Shown here piece after piece: positions 51,774-61,426 of a DNA stretch of 64,000 nucleotides. The notes beneath the pieces are model-generated. The model saw only the letters and a list, made by a program, of their open reading frames with translations. It was not told the DNA's origin and did not search any database. The stretch's first letter is position 1. Every line of letters starts with the position of its first letter. The stretch comes from an uncultured Collinsella sp. (GTDB taxonomy: Bacteria; Actinomycetota; Coriobacteriia; Coriobacteriales; Coriobacteriaceae). The position numbers and the translations under genes were made by a program. The DNA is taken from assembly GCA_902470905.1 (NCBI GenBank), contig CABRIC010000006.1:1692-65691 (forward strand). Direction: 5' to 3'.

Positions 51774-53654
51774 CTAGGCAGCCTGAACAGAAGGCTGGCC
51801 CTCGTCGATAAAGAAGCGCTTGTACCACACTAGGAACACGAGCGGCGTATAGATCTTGCGCTGGAAATCGCCCTTGCCCGCAAAGTGCAGATCGAGCAGG
51901 TGCATAAGCTCGTCGGTATTGAAGAACTCGCTTGCCCACGGCGCGGTGAAGTACTCCTTGACATAGTCGTACCACTTTTGCTCGCGCAGCCAGTAGACAA
52001 TCGGCACCGGGAAGCCCACCTTGGGACGGGTGGCCCACTCATCGGGCAGCGACTTGTTGGCAGCGTGGCGGAGTACCTGTTTGTTGCCGTTCTCGTTGAT
52101 GCGGTAGCGGTCGGGAATGTGCTCGGCGAACTCCATGACTTTGCGGTCCAGGAAGGGCACGCGCAGCTCCAGCGAGTGTGCCATGCACATCTTGTCGGCC
52201 TTGAGCAGAATGTCGCCCGGGAGCCACATGTTCATGTCCAGGTACTGCTTCTTGACCAGTTCGGGCTGACCCTTCACGCGTGCGTAGATGGGTGCAGCGA
52301 GCTCGAAGGCGCCGTCGCCGGTGTTGTACTCGGGCTTGAGCACGCCGTCGACCTCGCGCTCCGGCCATACCAGAGCCTGTCCCAGGAACGACTTCTCAGG
52401 GATCTCGGCACCCTTGACCAGGAAGTTATGTCCCTTGAAGTACGGCATATGCAGCGCCAGGTTACCGAGCGCGCGACGGATGGGCAGCGGCACCATCTTT
52501 TTGTACTTGCGGACCGGGACCGTGTCCTCGTAGTAGGCGTAGCCGCCAAAGAGTTCGTCGGCGCCTTCGCCCGAAAGCACGACGGTGACGTCCTTGCGGG
52601 CCATCTCGGCCAAGAACCACAGCGGCACAGAAGACAGGTTGGACTGCGGCTCGTCCATGTGATACTGGATGTCCTCGAGCGCACCGAAGAACTCGTCGGC
52701 GGTAATCATCTTGCGAACGTTTTCGACGCCGAGCTTATCGGAAAGCTCCTTGGCGTAGTTGGTCTCGTTAAAGTTCTTGTAGTCAAAGCCCACCGAGAAG
52801 GTCTTGTCGGGCATGAGGCAAGCGGCGATGTAGCTGGAGTCGACGCCACCGGAGAGGAACGACGCGACCTTGACGTCGGCGATGCGATGGGCCTCGACGC
52901 TCTCGTGCACGACCTCGTCCAGCTCGTCGACGTACTCCTCGAACGGCTTCTCGACGGCAGAGTAATCACAATCCCAGTAGCGCTCGATGTTCATCTTGCC
53001 GGTCGGGATATCGACGGTAAAGTAGTGCGCCGGCGGCAGCTTGTAGACACCCTCGAAGAAGGTCTCCTCGGTTGCCGAATACTGCAGCGTCATGTACGGA
53101 CGCAGGGCCTTTTTGTTGACCGCCTTGTGGAAGTGCGGGTAGTCCAGGAAGCTCTTGATCTCGGAACCAAAGAGCACGCCCGGAGCGCCGTCGCCCGCAT
53201 CGGCCATGGGATAGTAGTAGAGCGGCTTGATGCCAAAGATGTCGCGGGCGCCAAAAAGCTTGTTCTTCTTTTTGTCCCAGATGACGAAGGCGTACATACC
53301 GCGCAGGCGATCGAGAACGGCCTCACCCCACTCCTCGTAGCCGTGCAGGAGGCTCTCGGTGTCGGCGCCGCAGTGGAACTTGTAGCCCTTGGCCTCGAGC
53401 TCGGAACGGAGTTCTTGGAAGTTGTAGATCTCGCCGTTGAAGACAATGACGACGCTGCCGTCCTCGTTGGCCATGGGTTGGGCGCCAGCCTCGGTCAGGT
53501 CGAGGATCGACAGGCGGCGGAAGCCGAGGGCAACGCGGCCGTCGATAAACTGACCGCCCATGTCGGGACCGCGATGGACGATGCGGTCCATCATCTTGGT
53601 GAGCACCTCGGATTGGTTATCCGTCCCACCGACAAAACCGACAAAACCGCACAT
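51774..53654 (-). CDS. asnB: Asparagine synthase (glutamine-hydrolysing), AsnB family
   Basis: The MCGFVGFVGG N-terminal nucleophile Cys marks the GATase-2 domain. The synthetase domain has SFLSGGVDSS (the PP-loop). 626 aa. Confidence 0.9.
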   Translation of the reverse strand: MCGFVGFVGGTDNQSEVLTKMMDRIVHRGPDMGGQFIDGRVALGFRRLSILDLTEAGAQPMANEDGSVVIVFNGEIYNFQELRSELEAKGYKFHCGADTESLLHGYEEWGEAVLDRLRGMYAFVIWDKKKNKLFGARDIFGIKPLYYYPMADAGDGAPGVLFGSEIKSFLDYPHFHKAVNKKALRPYMTLQYSATEETFFEGVYKLPPAHYFTVDIPTGKMNIERYWDCDYSAVEKPFEEYVDELDEVVHESVEAHRIADVKVASFLSGGVDSSYIAACLMPDKTFSVGFDYKNFNETNYAKELSDKLGVENVRKMITADEFFGALEDIQYHMDEPQSNLSSVPLWFLAEMARKDVTVVLSGEGADELFGGYAYYEDTVPVRKYKKMVPLPIRRALGNLALHMPYFKGHNFLVKGAEIPEKSFLGQALVWPEREVDGVLKPEYNTGDGAFELAAPIYARVKGQPELVKKQYLDMNMWLPGDILLKADKMCMAHSLELRVPFLDRKVMEFAEHIPDRYRINENGNKQVLRHAANKSLPDEWATRPKVGFPVPIVYWLREQKWYDYVKEYFTAPWASEFFNTDELMHLLDLHFAGKGDFQRKIYTPLVFLVWYKRFFIDEGQPSVQAA

Positions 53655-53841
53655 ATACTATCCCCTCTGCTGTTGCTGGGCATCAAATCGAATCAGTAGC
53701 TTTTGAGTATACCCGAGGGCGTAAAGAGGGGCGGAATGTTCAGGCAATCTCAACTGAATCAGCTCCGCTGTGACACGCGCGAGTTACCTTTAATGGATAT
53801 GAGGTGAATGGGGCGATTGTTTTGCTATACTCTCTCCGCAC

Positions 53842-53917
53842 GGGCGATTGGCGCAACGGTTAGCGCAGGTGCTTTACACGCACAAGGCTGGGGGTTCGAA
53901 TCCCTCATCGCCCACCA
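53842..53917 (+). tRNA. tRNA-Val (anticodon TAC)
   Basis: GGGCGATTGGCGCAACGGTTAGCGCAGGTGCTTTACACGCAC...GGGGGTTCGAATCCCTCATCGCCCACCA. Anticodon loop is TTTACAC. Confidence 0.88.
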
Positions 53918-53927
53918 TTGAATTGGA

Positions 53928-53957
53928 AACGGTCCTCGAAAGGGGACCGTTTTTGTT
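53928..53957 (+). terminator. Terminator after tRNA-Val
   Basis: ACGGTCCTC-gaaa-GGGGACCGT followed by TTTTGTTT. Confidence 0.7.
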
Positions 53958-54083
53958 TGGGCCCATTTCATGGGATTCGAAGCCGCAAGGGTGCGGAGCT
54001 GAGGAAACGCGAAGCGTTTTCCAGCGCAGCACGCGAGGAGCGAAGCGACGAAGCGGATGCGGGCGGCGGAGCCGCACGCGGAC

Positions 54084-54178
54084 ATCCCTCATCGCCCACC
54101 ACTGATTTGATAGGCTCCCAGCAATGGGGGCCTTTCTTTTTTGGACCCATCGCAGAGGGATTCGAACCCGCCAGCACA
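54084..54178 (+). repeat. Degenerate duplicate of the tRNA-Val 3' end plus its downstream terminator block (att-like scar)
   Basis: ATCCCTCATCGCCCACCA (54084-54101) is identical to tRNA positions 53900-53917. The next ~75 nt align loosely with 53918-53995: a hairpin + T-run, then TTGG(G/A)CCCAT..GGGATTCGAA(G/C)CCGC. Confidence 0.75.
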
Positions 54179-54527
54179 TCTGTCGCAAAGGCCGTGGCCA
54201 AAAAATGGCAAAAATGAGTACTGCTACTTTGTTTGCAACATATAAAAAGACAATATTTGCTTAAGTTACGCAACATATGTCCATTATAAGGACTAACAGT
54301 TGAATCAAAATCGTGCTTTCATCGCCATTTCGACTTGCTATCTGGCCTTATTAGTCCAAAATTGCTGCCACCAAATCGGTAACAGTACTCATATTTGATG
54401 TTTTTTGACCAGCAGGTCTCCCTGCCTTAGCAAATCTAAGGCAAAACGGGCTCCAGACCGCTGAATCATGCCGCATAGGACACGTCCGCAGTCCGGAACC
54501 CGGTCAAAATTGAGTTATTGCACCGCG

Positions 54528-55811
54528 TTAGCCCAAGACACCCGACAGGATCTCAATCAGACTGTCCACGTCGGCTTCCTCGCAGACGAGCGGCGGCAGG
54601 AAACGCAGCGTATGGGCACCCGTAGCGTTAATCACGGCACCGGCGGCCAGCGCGCGGGCAACAACATCATGCGCGTCGCCCGCGGCATCATCCAAATCAC
54701 AGCCGAGCATCAAGCCGCGGCCACGCACCTCGGTCACGTGCGGCAGCTTGGCGAGCTTTGCCTCCATATAGGCGCCTACCTTGGCAGCATGGTCGGCATA
54801 ATCGCCGCGCACGAGCGCGGAGAGCGTCGCGGCGCACGCCGCGATGGCCAAGCAGCTACCGCCAAAGGTCGAGCCGTGGTCGCCCGGCTTAAACACGTCG
54901 GCAATCTCCTTCTTTGCCGCGACGGCACCCATGGGCACGCCGTCGGCAATGCCCTTGGCAAGGCTCATGATGTCAGGCTCCACGCCATAGGTTTGGAATG
55001 CAAACGGCTTGCCGGAGCGGAAGATGCCGCACTGGACCTCGTCGGCGATAAGCACGGCGCCCACTTCGTGTGCCAGGTCGCGCGCCGCCGCCATAAACTC
55101 CTCGGTCATGGGGTGCACGCCACTCTCACCTTGGATCGGCTCGAGCATCACGGCGCAAATTTCACTGCCCAGCTGCTTAAAGATCGCACGCAGTTCATCA
55201 ACATCGTTGGGCGTGCAGGCCACAAAGCCACCCGGCAGTGGGCGGAAGCTGTCCTGCAGCCAATCCTGCATGGTGGCGGCAATGGTCTCGAGCGTACGGC
55301 CGTGGAACCCGCCGCGCATGCACACGATGGTGTTGCCGCCATTACCGGCACGCTTGGCGTACAGGCGCGCGAGCTTCATCGAGCCTTCGTTGGCCTCGGC
55401 GCCAGAGTTGGCAAAGAAGGTCTCCCAAACCTGCTCATCCGCAGCCGGGGCACCAAGAGCAGCTGCCGTGGTCTCATCGCCGGCGACAATGGCATCGGCA
55501 AGCACGCGCGCACCATCTACGTCGTCGTTAGCAAGCTTGGACAGCAGCGCCGCGACCTGTCCGCGCTGCTCGATGTAGAAGTAATTGGAGACATGCATGA
55601 GCTTTTTGGTCTGTGCCTCGAGCGCCGAGAGCACAGCCAGGTTGCCATGACCTAGGCTGCACACGCCGATGCCGGCAAGAAAGTCGAGGTACTCACGGCC
55701 ATCGTCGCCGGTGAGCTTCATGCCGTGACCCTCGACAAACTCGACCGGAGAGCGACCAAAGGTATGCATAACGTAATGGGATTCAAGCGATTGCTGAGCT
55801 GCAAGTGACAT
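54528..55811 (-). CDS. argD: Acetylornithine aminotransferase (class III PLP aminotransferase)
   Basis: GNTIVCMRGGFHGRT, IADEVQCG, SLAKGIADG (PLP lysine). Last gene of the arg cluster. Confidence 0.85.
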   Translation of the reverse strand: MSLAAQQSLESHYVMHTFGRSPVEFVEGHGMKLTGDDGREYLDFLAGIGVCSLGHGNLAVLSALEAQTKKLMHVSNYFYIEQRGQVAALLSKLANDDVDGARVLADAIVAGDETTAAALGAPAADEQVWETFFANSGAEANEGSMKLARLYAKRAGNGGNTIVCMRGGFHGRTLETIAATMQDWLQDSFRPLPGGFVACTPNDVDELRAIFKQLGSEICAVMLEPIQGESGVHPMTEEFMAAARDLAHEVGAVLIADEVQCGIFRSGKPFAFQTYGVEPDIMSLAKGIADGVPMGAVAAKKEIADVFKPGDHGSTFGGSCLAIAACAATLSALVRGDYADHAAKVGAYMEAKLAKLPHVTEVRGRGLMLGCDLDDAAGDAHDVVARALAAGAVINATGAHTLRFLPPLVCEEADVDSLIEILSGVLG

Positions 55812-55880
55812 GGGATGCCTTTCGTTGGGCGCCAGACGGCGCGGGGCTATGGGTGCAGGAATGGGGCGGCTGCGGGTCAG

Positions 55881-56861
55881 CTAGACCGTCTGAAGCTTCT
55901 CGACCTCGTCAAGGTTCTCGGTCAGACGCGCAGCAAACGTCGAAAGCGGATGCGGATGCGTATCGAACTCGTAAGCCGTCTCGGTGGAATGGATCACGGT
56001 GCCGACGCCGGCATCGGTCAGCAGCTCCAGGAGCAGCGAATGCGGCGTGGTACCGTTAATGATGTGGGCACGAAATACGCCGCCGGTAAGCGCATCGACG
56101 GCCGCACGCAGCTTAGGAATCATGCCCTTATCGACCTCGCCGCCGTAGAGCATTTCGTTGACCTCGTCGAGCGTTAGGTTGGAGATAAGCGAGTCCTTGT
56201 CGCTAAAGTCCTTGTACAGGCCATCGACGTCGGTCAAAAAGATTGCCTTATGCGCGTGGAGCGCCGCGGCAACGGCACCGGCGGCGGTATCGGCGTTGAT
56301 GTTGAAGAAACCGCCGTCCTCCCCCGCCGCGACGGTAGCGATGACGGGGATGTACTCGCTATCGAGTAAGCGCTCGATATAGTCGGTGTTGACGTGCGTC
56401 ACTTTGCCCACGCGACCGAGCTCGGGGTCGAGCGGCTCGGCGATGAGCGTGCCGGCATCGCTGCCCGACACGCCCACGGCCAGGTTGCCGTGGTGGTTGA
56501 TGGCAGCAACCAGCTCCTGGTTAACCTTGCCGCCCAGCACCTCGCGCACGATATCCATAGTCGCCGGCGTGGTCACGCGCTGGCCGTTCTTAAACTCGAC
56601 GGGAATATCGTAATGGCTCAGCGCCTCGTTGATAGCCTTGCCGCCGCCATGCACGATGACGGGGCGCATACCGATGATCTTGAGCAAAACGATATCGCTC
56701 ATCACGTCGCGGCGCAGCTGCTCATCAACCATGGCGGCTCCGCCATATTTGATAACAACCGTCTTGCCGGTCAGGTTCTTAATCCACGGCAGCGCTTCGA
56801 ACAGCAGCTGCGCGGTTGCTTCGTTGGATTCGCTCGAACGACAATCGCGTGCGAATTTCAT
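55881..56861 (-). CDS. argB: Acetylglutamate kinase
   Basis: ATG 56861. Motifs KTVVIKYGGAAM, PVIVHGGG, INADTAAGAVAAAL. Confidence 0.9.
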   Translation of the reverse strand: MKFARDCRSSESNEATAQLLFEALPWIKNLTGKTVVIKYGGAAMVDEQLRRDVMSDIVLLKIIGMRPVIVHGGGKAINEALSHYDIPVEFKNGQRVTTPATMDIVREVLGGKVNQELVAAINHHGNLAVGVSGSDAGTLIAEPLDPELGRVGKVTHVNTDYIERLLDSEYIPVIATVAAGEDGGFFNINADTAAGAVAAALHAHKAIFLTDVDGLYKDFSDKDSLISNLTLDEVNEMLYGGEVDKGMIPKLRAAVDALTGGVFRAHIINGTTPHSLLLELLTDAGVGTVIHSTETAYEFDTHPHPLSTFAARLTENLDEVEKLQTV

Positions 56862-56942
56862 AATCTGCCTCGTCTTTCGTATCGTTATCGCGCCGTGCTC
56901 CGCTGTCCGCAATCGCGGCAAGATGCGCAGCGTGCCCGGAAT

Positions 56943-58211
56943 CTAGGAACGGTAGTCGCCGTTGATGGAGATGTACTCATGCGTGAGGTCGCAGGTCCAC
57001 ACGGTCGTTGCCGCGTCGCCTGCGCCCAGGTCGGCCGAGATCACGATCTCGGGCGCCTCGAAACGTCGTAGAGCCTCGTCCTCATCAAAGGGAACAGTCA
57101 GACCGCCGCGACAGACAGGCATGCCCATCATGTCGATGGAAACGTCTTCCTGATTAAACTTCACGCCGCACTTGCCAAGCGCCATAGCAACACGGCCCCA
57201 GTTGCAGTCGTGGCCGGCGATGCAGGTCTTAACGAGCGGCGAGTTGGCAACGGCGCGGGCGGCGATATCGGCCTCCTCGTCGTTCACGGCGCCGGTAACG
57301 TTGACCGTAACAAGCTTGGATGCGCCCTCGCCGTCGGCGGCGATGTTGCGCGCCAGGCTCTCGCACACCTCGTGCACGGCAAATGCCAACTCGTCAAAGG
57401 CATCGGAACCCTCGACGACAGGCTCGGCATCTGCGGCAGCGGCGCCGGAGGCAAGCATGATGCAGGTGTCGTTGGTCGAGGTGTCGGAATCGACCGTTAC
57501 CTTGTTGAAGGTCTGCTTGACGGTGGAGAGCAACAGGGCGTGGAGCGCCGCCGGCTCGACGGGGGCATCGGTAGTGATAACTGCGATCATGGTGGCCATG
57601 TTGGGCATGATCATGCCCGAGCCCTTGCACATGCCGCCCACCGTATAAGCGTTGCCCGCATGGCCCGCGGCCTCACTGCGATAGCGAACGGCATACTCCT
57701 TGGAGTGTGTATCGGTCGTCATAATGGCACGGGCTGCATCGGCACCGCCATGGGCAGAAAGTGCCTCGTATGCGGACGGAACGGCTGTCTCAAACGTGTC
57801 GATCGGCAGAATCTGGCCAATCACGCCCGTGGAGGCAACCAGAATCTGCTGGGGCTCGCAGCCGATGACCTGCGACGCGATGTTGCATGTCTCGCGCGCA
57901 CAGGCTAGGCCGGTCTCGCCCGTGGCGGCATTCGCATTGCCGGAGTTGATTGAAACACCGGCGATAATGCCATAGCCCTTGTCCGCACCGCCCAGGTTGG
58001 CACGGCTCACCTGCACGGGCGCCGCACAAAAGCGGTTGGTCGTAAACACGCCGGCGCCGGGACAGGGTTTATCAGGCACGACGAGCGCATAGTCCAAGCG
58101 CTCGGGATTCTTCCGGAATCCCGCATGGATGCCTGCGGCCTTAAAGCCGGCAGCCGCCGTAACGCCGCCCTCGACGGCGCGAATCTTGATATCAATCAGG
58201 TCGGTGTTCAT
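56943..58211 (-). CDS. argJ: Bifunctional ornithine acetyltransferase / N-acetylglutamate synthase
   Basis: GFKAAGIHAG, self-cleavage region PNMATMIAVITTDA, C-terminal YISINGDYRS. Confidence 0.92.
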   Translation of the reverse strand: MNTDLIDIKIRAVEGGVTAAAGFKAAGIHAGFRKNPERLDYALVVPDKPCPGAGVFTTNRFCAAPVQVSRANLGGADKGYGIIAGVSINSGNANAATGETGLACARETCNIASQVIGCEPQQILVASTGVIGQILPIDTFETAVPSAYEALSAHGGADAARAIMTTDTHSKEYAVRYRSEAAGHAGNAYTVGGMCKGSGMIMPNMATMIAVITTDAPVEPAALHALLLSTVKQTFNKVTVDSDTSTNDTCIMLASGAAAADAEPVVEGSDAFDELAFAVHEVCESLARNIAADGEGASKLVTVNVTGAVNDEEADIAARAVANSPLVKTCIAGHDCNWGRVAMALGKCGVKFNQEDVSIDMMGMPVCRGGLTVPFDEDEALRRFEAPEIVISADLGAGDAATTVWTCDLTHEYISINGDYRS

Positions 58212-58346
58212 CGTCCCTACGACTCCTTATATCAAACAAAAAAGCGGGCATCGGCTGGCACGCCATACCGGTCGCAACTACTAGACCAGCTTAAAAGTGG
58301 CGCCCAACTCGATACCCGACTACCAAATCGCTAACAATCGAATGTG

Positions 58347-59417
58347 CTACACCGGGCACGCCACTGTGAGCAAGCCTCGTCGCTCGTCAAAGCCAAAAAC
58401 GATGTTGGCGCACTGGACCGCCTGGCCCGCAGCACCCTTGCACAAATTGTCGATGGCGCCCGTCGCCACCAGCACGCCTGCACGCTTGTTGAGCGCAAGG
58501 CCAATCTGGGCGGCATTGGTACCGACGACCGAAGCCGTCTTGGGCTGCTGGCCGGCATCGAGCACGCGCACAAAGGTGCGACCGGCGTAAAACTTCTTGT
58601 AATGGTCGACGACATCCTCAAGAACCAGCGCGTCGAGAGCCTGCGGCGCGAGCGGCATCGTCACCGTGGAAAGCAGGCCGCGCTTGAGCGGTGCCAAGTG
58701 CGGGGTGAAGACGATGCGGTCGGCCAGGCCGAGTATCTGCTCGATCTCGGGCGTATGACGATGCTTGCCCACGCCATAGGCTTCCAGGTTCTCGTCCGCG
58801 CTGCAAAAGTGGGTGCGAGCGTTGCAGGACTTGCCGGCACCCGTCACACCGCTGATGGCATCGACGATTACGGGACCGTTCTCTGCCACCCAGCCCGCAC
58901 GCACGGCAGGAGCAGCAGCAAGACTCGTTGCGGTGGGATAGCAGCCGGCGCAGGCGACCAGCACGGGCTTGCCGTCGGCGTGGTCGGATGCAGCGGTCTC
59001 CAAATCCTGGCAGAACAGCTCGGGCAGACCAAAGGCGCGGCTCTTGAGTAACTCGGGGCTCGTGTGCTCTGCGGCATACCAGGCCTCAAAGGTAGCCGGA
59101 TCGCTCAGGCGATAGTCGGCCGAGAGGTCAATGCAGGAGACTCCCGCGGCAAGCAGGGCGGGCACCTGTGCCATGGCAGCCGTGTGCGGCACGGCAAGAA
59201 AAACCGCATCGCAGCTCTTAAGCTCGGGGGCGTCATGCGTGGTGAAAACCAGATCGCTCAAGCCAGCAAAGCTCGGATACACCGCGGACAGCGGCTGGCC
59301 GGCATCGGCGTTGGACGTAATGGCAACAAGTTCAAACTCGGGATGACCGAGCACGAGGCGAATGAGTTCGGCTCCGGCATATCCAGCCGCACCGACGATT
59401 CCAACCTTCAAAGACAT
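58347..59417 (-). CDS. argC: N-acetyl-gamma-glutamyl-phosphate reductase
   Basis: VGIVGAAGYAGAELIRLL, active-site ACAGCYPT. 356 aa. Confidence 0.92.
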   Translation of the reverse strand: MSLKVGIVGAAGYAGAELIRLVLGHPEFELVAITSNADAGQPLSAVYPSFAGLSDLVFTTHDAPELKSCDAVFLAVPHTAAMAQVPALLAAGVSCIDLSADYRLSDPATFEAWYAAEHTSPELLKSRAFGLPELFCQDLETAASDHADGKPVLVACAGCYPTATSLAAAPAVRAGWVAENGPVIVDAISGVTGAGKSCNARTHFCSADENLEAYGVGKHRHTPEIEQILGLADRIVFTPHLAPLKRGLLSTVTMPLAPQALDALVLEDVVDHYKKFYAGRTFVRVLDAGQQPKTASVVGTNAAQIGLALNKRAGVLVATGAIDNLCKGAAGQAVQCANIVFGFDERRGLLTVACPV

Positions 59418-59501
59418 ATCAGACTCCTTGTCTGCGATTTATGCACCGATGCGCATTTCGCAGCGGTCGTTATGAAGTGGGTTGAAACTTTAGCACCAAA
59501 A

Positions 59502-59540
59502 GATGCATATCTACGCAACTCTTTTGCATATTCATGCATT
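59502..59540. promoter_or_regulatory. Two tandem ARG-box-like operators upstream of argC
   Basis: Cores TGCATATCTACGCA (59504-59517) and the palindromic TGCAT-ATTC-ATGCA (59525-59538) are 21 bp centre to centre. The form resembles TGAAT-N4-ATTCA / actinobacterial TGCAT-type ArgR boxes. Confidence 0.5.
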
Positions 59541-59683
59541 GAAACAGTCCCGACACATTCACTCGAAGGAATTGACAAATAAATGCGGACCCCATATTGC
59601 CCAGTGCGCCTTACGGTGACGTTGCAATGTGGGGCCCGCTACATGCGAGAATTTGAATTGTCGAAGCTTGCTGAGAGACTCGT

Positions 59684-60139
59684 TTAGAGCTCGATCGGCA
59701 CCCATTCGTCATGGTTGCAGATAAAGGCCTCGGGTTCCTCCACGCTAAAGAAGACGAGCGTGGGATCGCCTGCGCCCTCGTAGTGCTCGCCTAGGCGCTC
59801 CAGGTGCTTCCAGCCTGCCTCGCGCATATCGGGAGCGGCCTGGTCATCCAGACCCGCACGCCCGCGCAAGATGAGCCAGCCATGGCCCGGCCACCAACTC
59901 GTGGCCTCAAAGCGTTGATTTTGCAGCAGCTCTTGCCACACGTCTTTGGTGCGCGCCGTCACAAACCACAGCTTGCCGTCCTGGATCTGCGCAAACGAGA
60001 ACGGACGCACATGCGGCTGCCCGTCCACACTCGTCGCCAGATACCACGCCGGCACCGACGTCAGATACTCCAGCACCGTATTCAATCCGTCCACGTTTCC
60101 TCCTGACGCCTGATCAGTCTTTTTGGAATGGGTAGTCAA
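59684..60139 (-). CDS. Pyridoxamine-5'-phosphate-oxidase-like FMN-binding split-barrel protein (paralogue 1)
   Basis: PAWYLATSVDGQPHVRPFSFAQIQDGKLWFVTARTKDVWQEL is a PNPOx-like fold signature. 151 aa. Confidence 0.7.
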   Translation of the reverse strand: MTTHSKKTDQASGGNVDGLNTVLEYLTSVPAWYLATSVDGQPHVRPFSFAQIQDGKLWFVTARTKDVWQELLQNQRFEATSWWPGHGWLILRGRAGLDDQAAPDMREAGWKHLERLGEHYEGAGDPTLVFFSVEEPEAFICNHDEWVPIEL

Positions 60140-60148
60140 TTTGGGAAA

Positions 60149-60595
60149 TTAGAGCTCCAGGCGCTCCTCGCTGCCGTCGATATCACAGAAGCGCGCGGCA
60201 ATGTTGCGGACCGAAAAGAAAGCAAGGCGGCCGTCGTTGGCACTCTCGTGTTCCTCGCCGATGCCCACCATGTGCTTAAAACCCGCTTGACGCACCTTGT
60301 CGCTCGCAACTGCGTCGTCCTCAAGTGCGGCCTCGCCGGTCAACACGATCCAACATTCCCCCGGCTTCCAACCCGAGAGCTCAAACTTGGGATTCGCGCT
60401 CAGCTCCGCCCACACATCTTTGTCGCGCGACGTACAAAACCACAGTTTACCGTCATCGACCATGGCAAACGAAAACGGCCTCACGCGAGGCTGATGCCCG
60501 TCGCTTGCATCGGTCGTGGCCAGATACCACGCCGGAATGCGCCTGAGATACGAACAGGCGCGCTCAAGCTGAGCCGTGCGGTCGTTGTCGGTCAT
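60149..60595 (-). CDS. Pyridoxamine-5'-phosphate-oxidase-like FMN-binding split-barrel protein (paralogue 2)
   Basis: PAWYLATTDASDGHQPRVRPFSFAMVDDGKLWFCTSRDKDVWAEL is clearly paralogous to the adjacent gene. Confidence 0.7.
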   Translation of the reverse strand: MTDNDRTAQLERACSYLRRIPAWYLATTDASDGHQPRVRPFSFAMVDDGKLWFCTSRDKDVWAELSANPKFELSGWKPGECWIVLTGEAALEDDAVASDKVRQAGFKHMVGIGEEHESANDGRLAFFSVRNIAARFCDIDGSEERLEL

Positions 60596-60625
60596 AGGGA
60601 CCCCTTTCTTGCGCCCGAATCGCGC

Positions 60626-61426
60626 CTAAACAAGTTGAAGATTGATGACGATGACGCAGATGAGCAGCAACGCCGTCACCACCGCCGCCAACGCATCGCC
60701 GCGGCCAAATGCAAGCGCATGCAGGCGCGTGCGGCCCTGCTCGCCGTGATAGCAGCGTGCATCCATGGCGGCAGACAGCGTCTCGGCATGGCGGAACACG
60801 CCCGTGAACAGCGGAATCGCCACACTGCCGAGCATACGCACGCCGCCGAGCGGACCGCCCGTCACGCGCGCGCCGCGGCTTGCCTGTGCATCGGCCGTCT
60901 GCTTCATCTCAGTGGCAAACTGCGGCATAAAGCGCAACGCGATACCCATGATCATGCCGAGCTCGTGCGCAGGAAGTCCCACACACGCAAACGGCGCGAG
61001 CAGGCGCTCAAAGCCCGCGGTGAGGTCGAGCGTCGGCGTGGTGAGTGTAATGGCGCTCATGCCGGCCATCATCAACGTCAGGCGGCACGCCATAAAGGCG
61101 GCAGAACGCAGTGAGCCCTCGCTTATCTGCAGAAAGCCGAGCTGCCACAGGATGCGCCCACTCTGATCGGTAAACAAGTTGAGCACCGCGACCACGACGA
61201 CAATTGCCAGCAGCGGCGCCATCGACGACAGAACGCGACGAACCGGCACCCGAGACACAGCATAGATCAGCACGACGAAAATTGCGACAGGGGCCAGTCC
61301 GCGGAAGCTGCTGACTGTGAGCGTCGTGATCAGAAACACAAAGCCCAAGAGCAACTTAGTTCGCGGGTCCAAGCGGTGGATCGCACTATCGCCGGGATAG
61401 TAGCTGCCAAACGAAAACGCCTCCAT
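60626..61426 (-). CDS. ecfT: ECF transporter transmembrane component EcfT
   Basis: IHRLDPRTKLL start, about 5 TM helices, ARG...R coupling motifs (AQASRGARV). Start overlaps the ecfA stop. Confidence 0.85.
   Translation of the reverse strand: MEAFSFGSYYPGDSAIHRLDPRTKLLLGFVFLITTLTVSSFRGLAPVAIFVVLIYAVSRVPVRRVLSSMAPLLAIVVVVAVLNLFTDQSGRILWQLGFLQISEGSLRSAAFMACRLTLMMAGMSAITLTTPTLDLTAGFERLLAPFACVGLPAHELGMIMGIALRFMPQFATEMKQTADAQASRGARVTGGPLGGVRMLGSVAIPLFTGVFRHAETLSAAMDARCYHGEQGRTRLHALAFGRGDALAAVVTALLLICVIVINLQLV

Noticed and set aside
53950-54178. GGGATTCGAA(G/C)CCGC blocks that look like reverse-strand tRNA T-arms downstream of tRNA-Val.
   Set aside because: I could not fold a complete cloverleaf. 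There is no matching 5' acceptor strand, D arm or anticodon arm. I treat them as tRNA-derived fragments within the att-like scar, not as tRNA genes.
53655-54527. Searched around tRNA-Val, and around the tRNA cluster at 17983-18954, for integrase, excisionase or phage genes.
   Set aside because: No ORF with tyrosine- or serine-recombinase motifs is present. Only the repeat scar and AT-rich spacer remain, so no mobile element is called.
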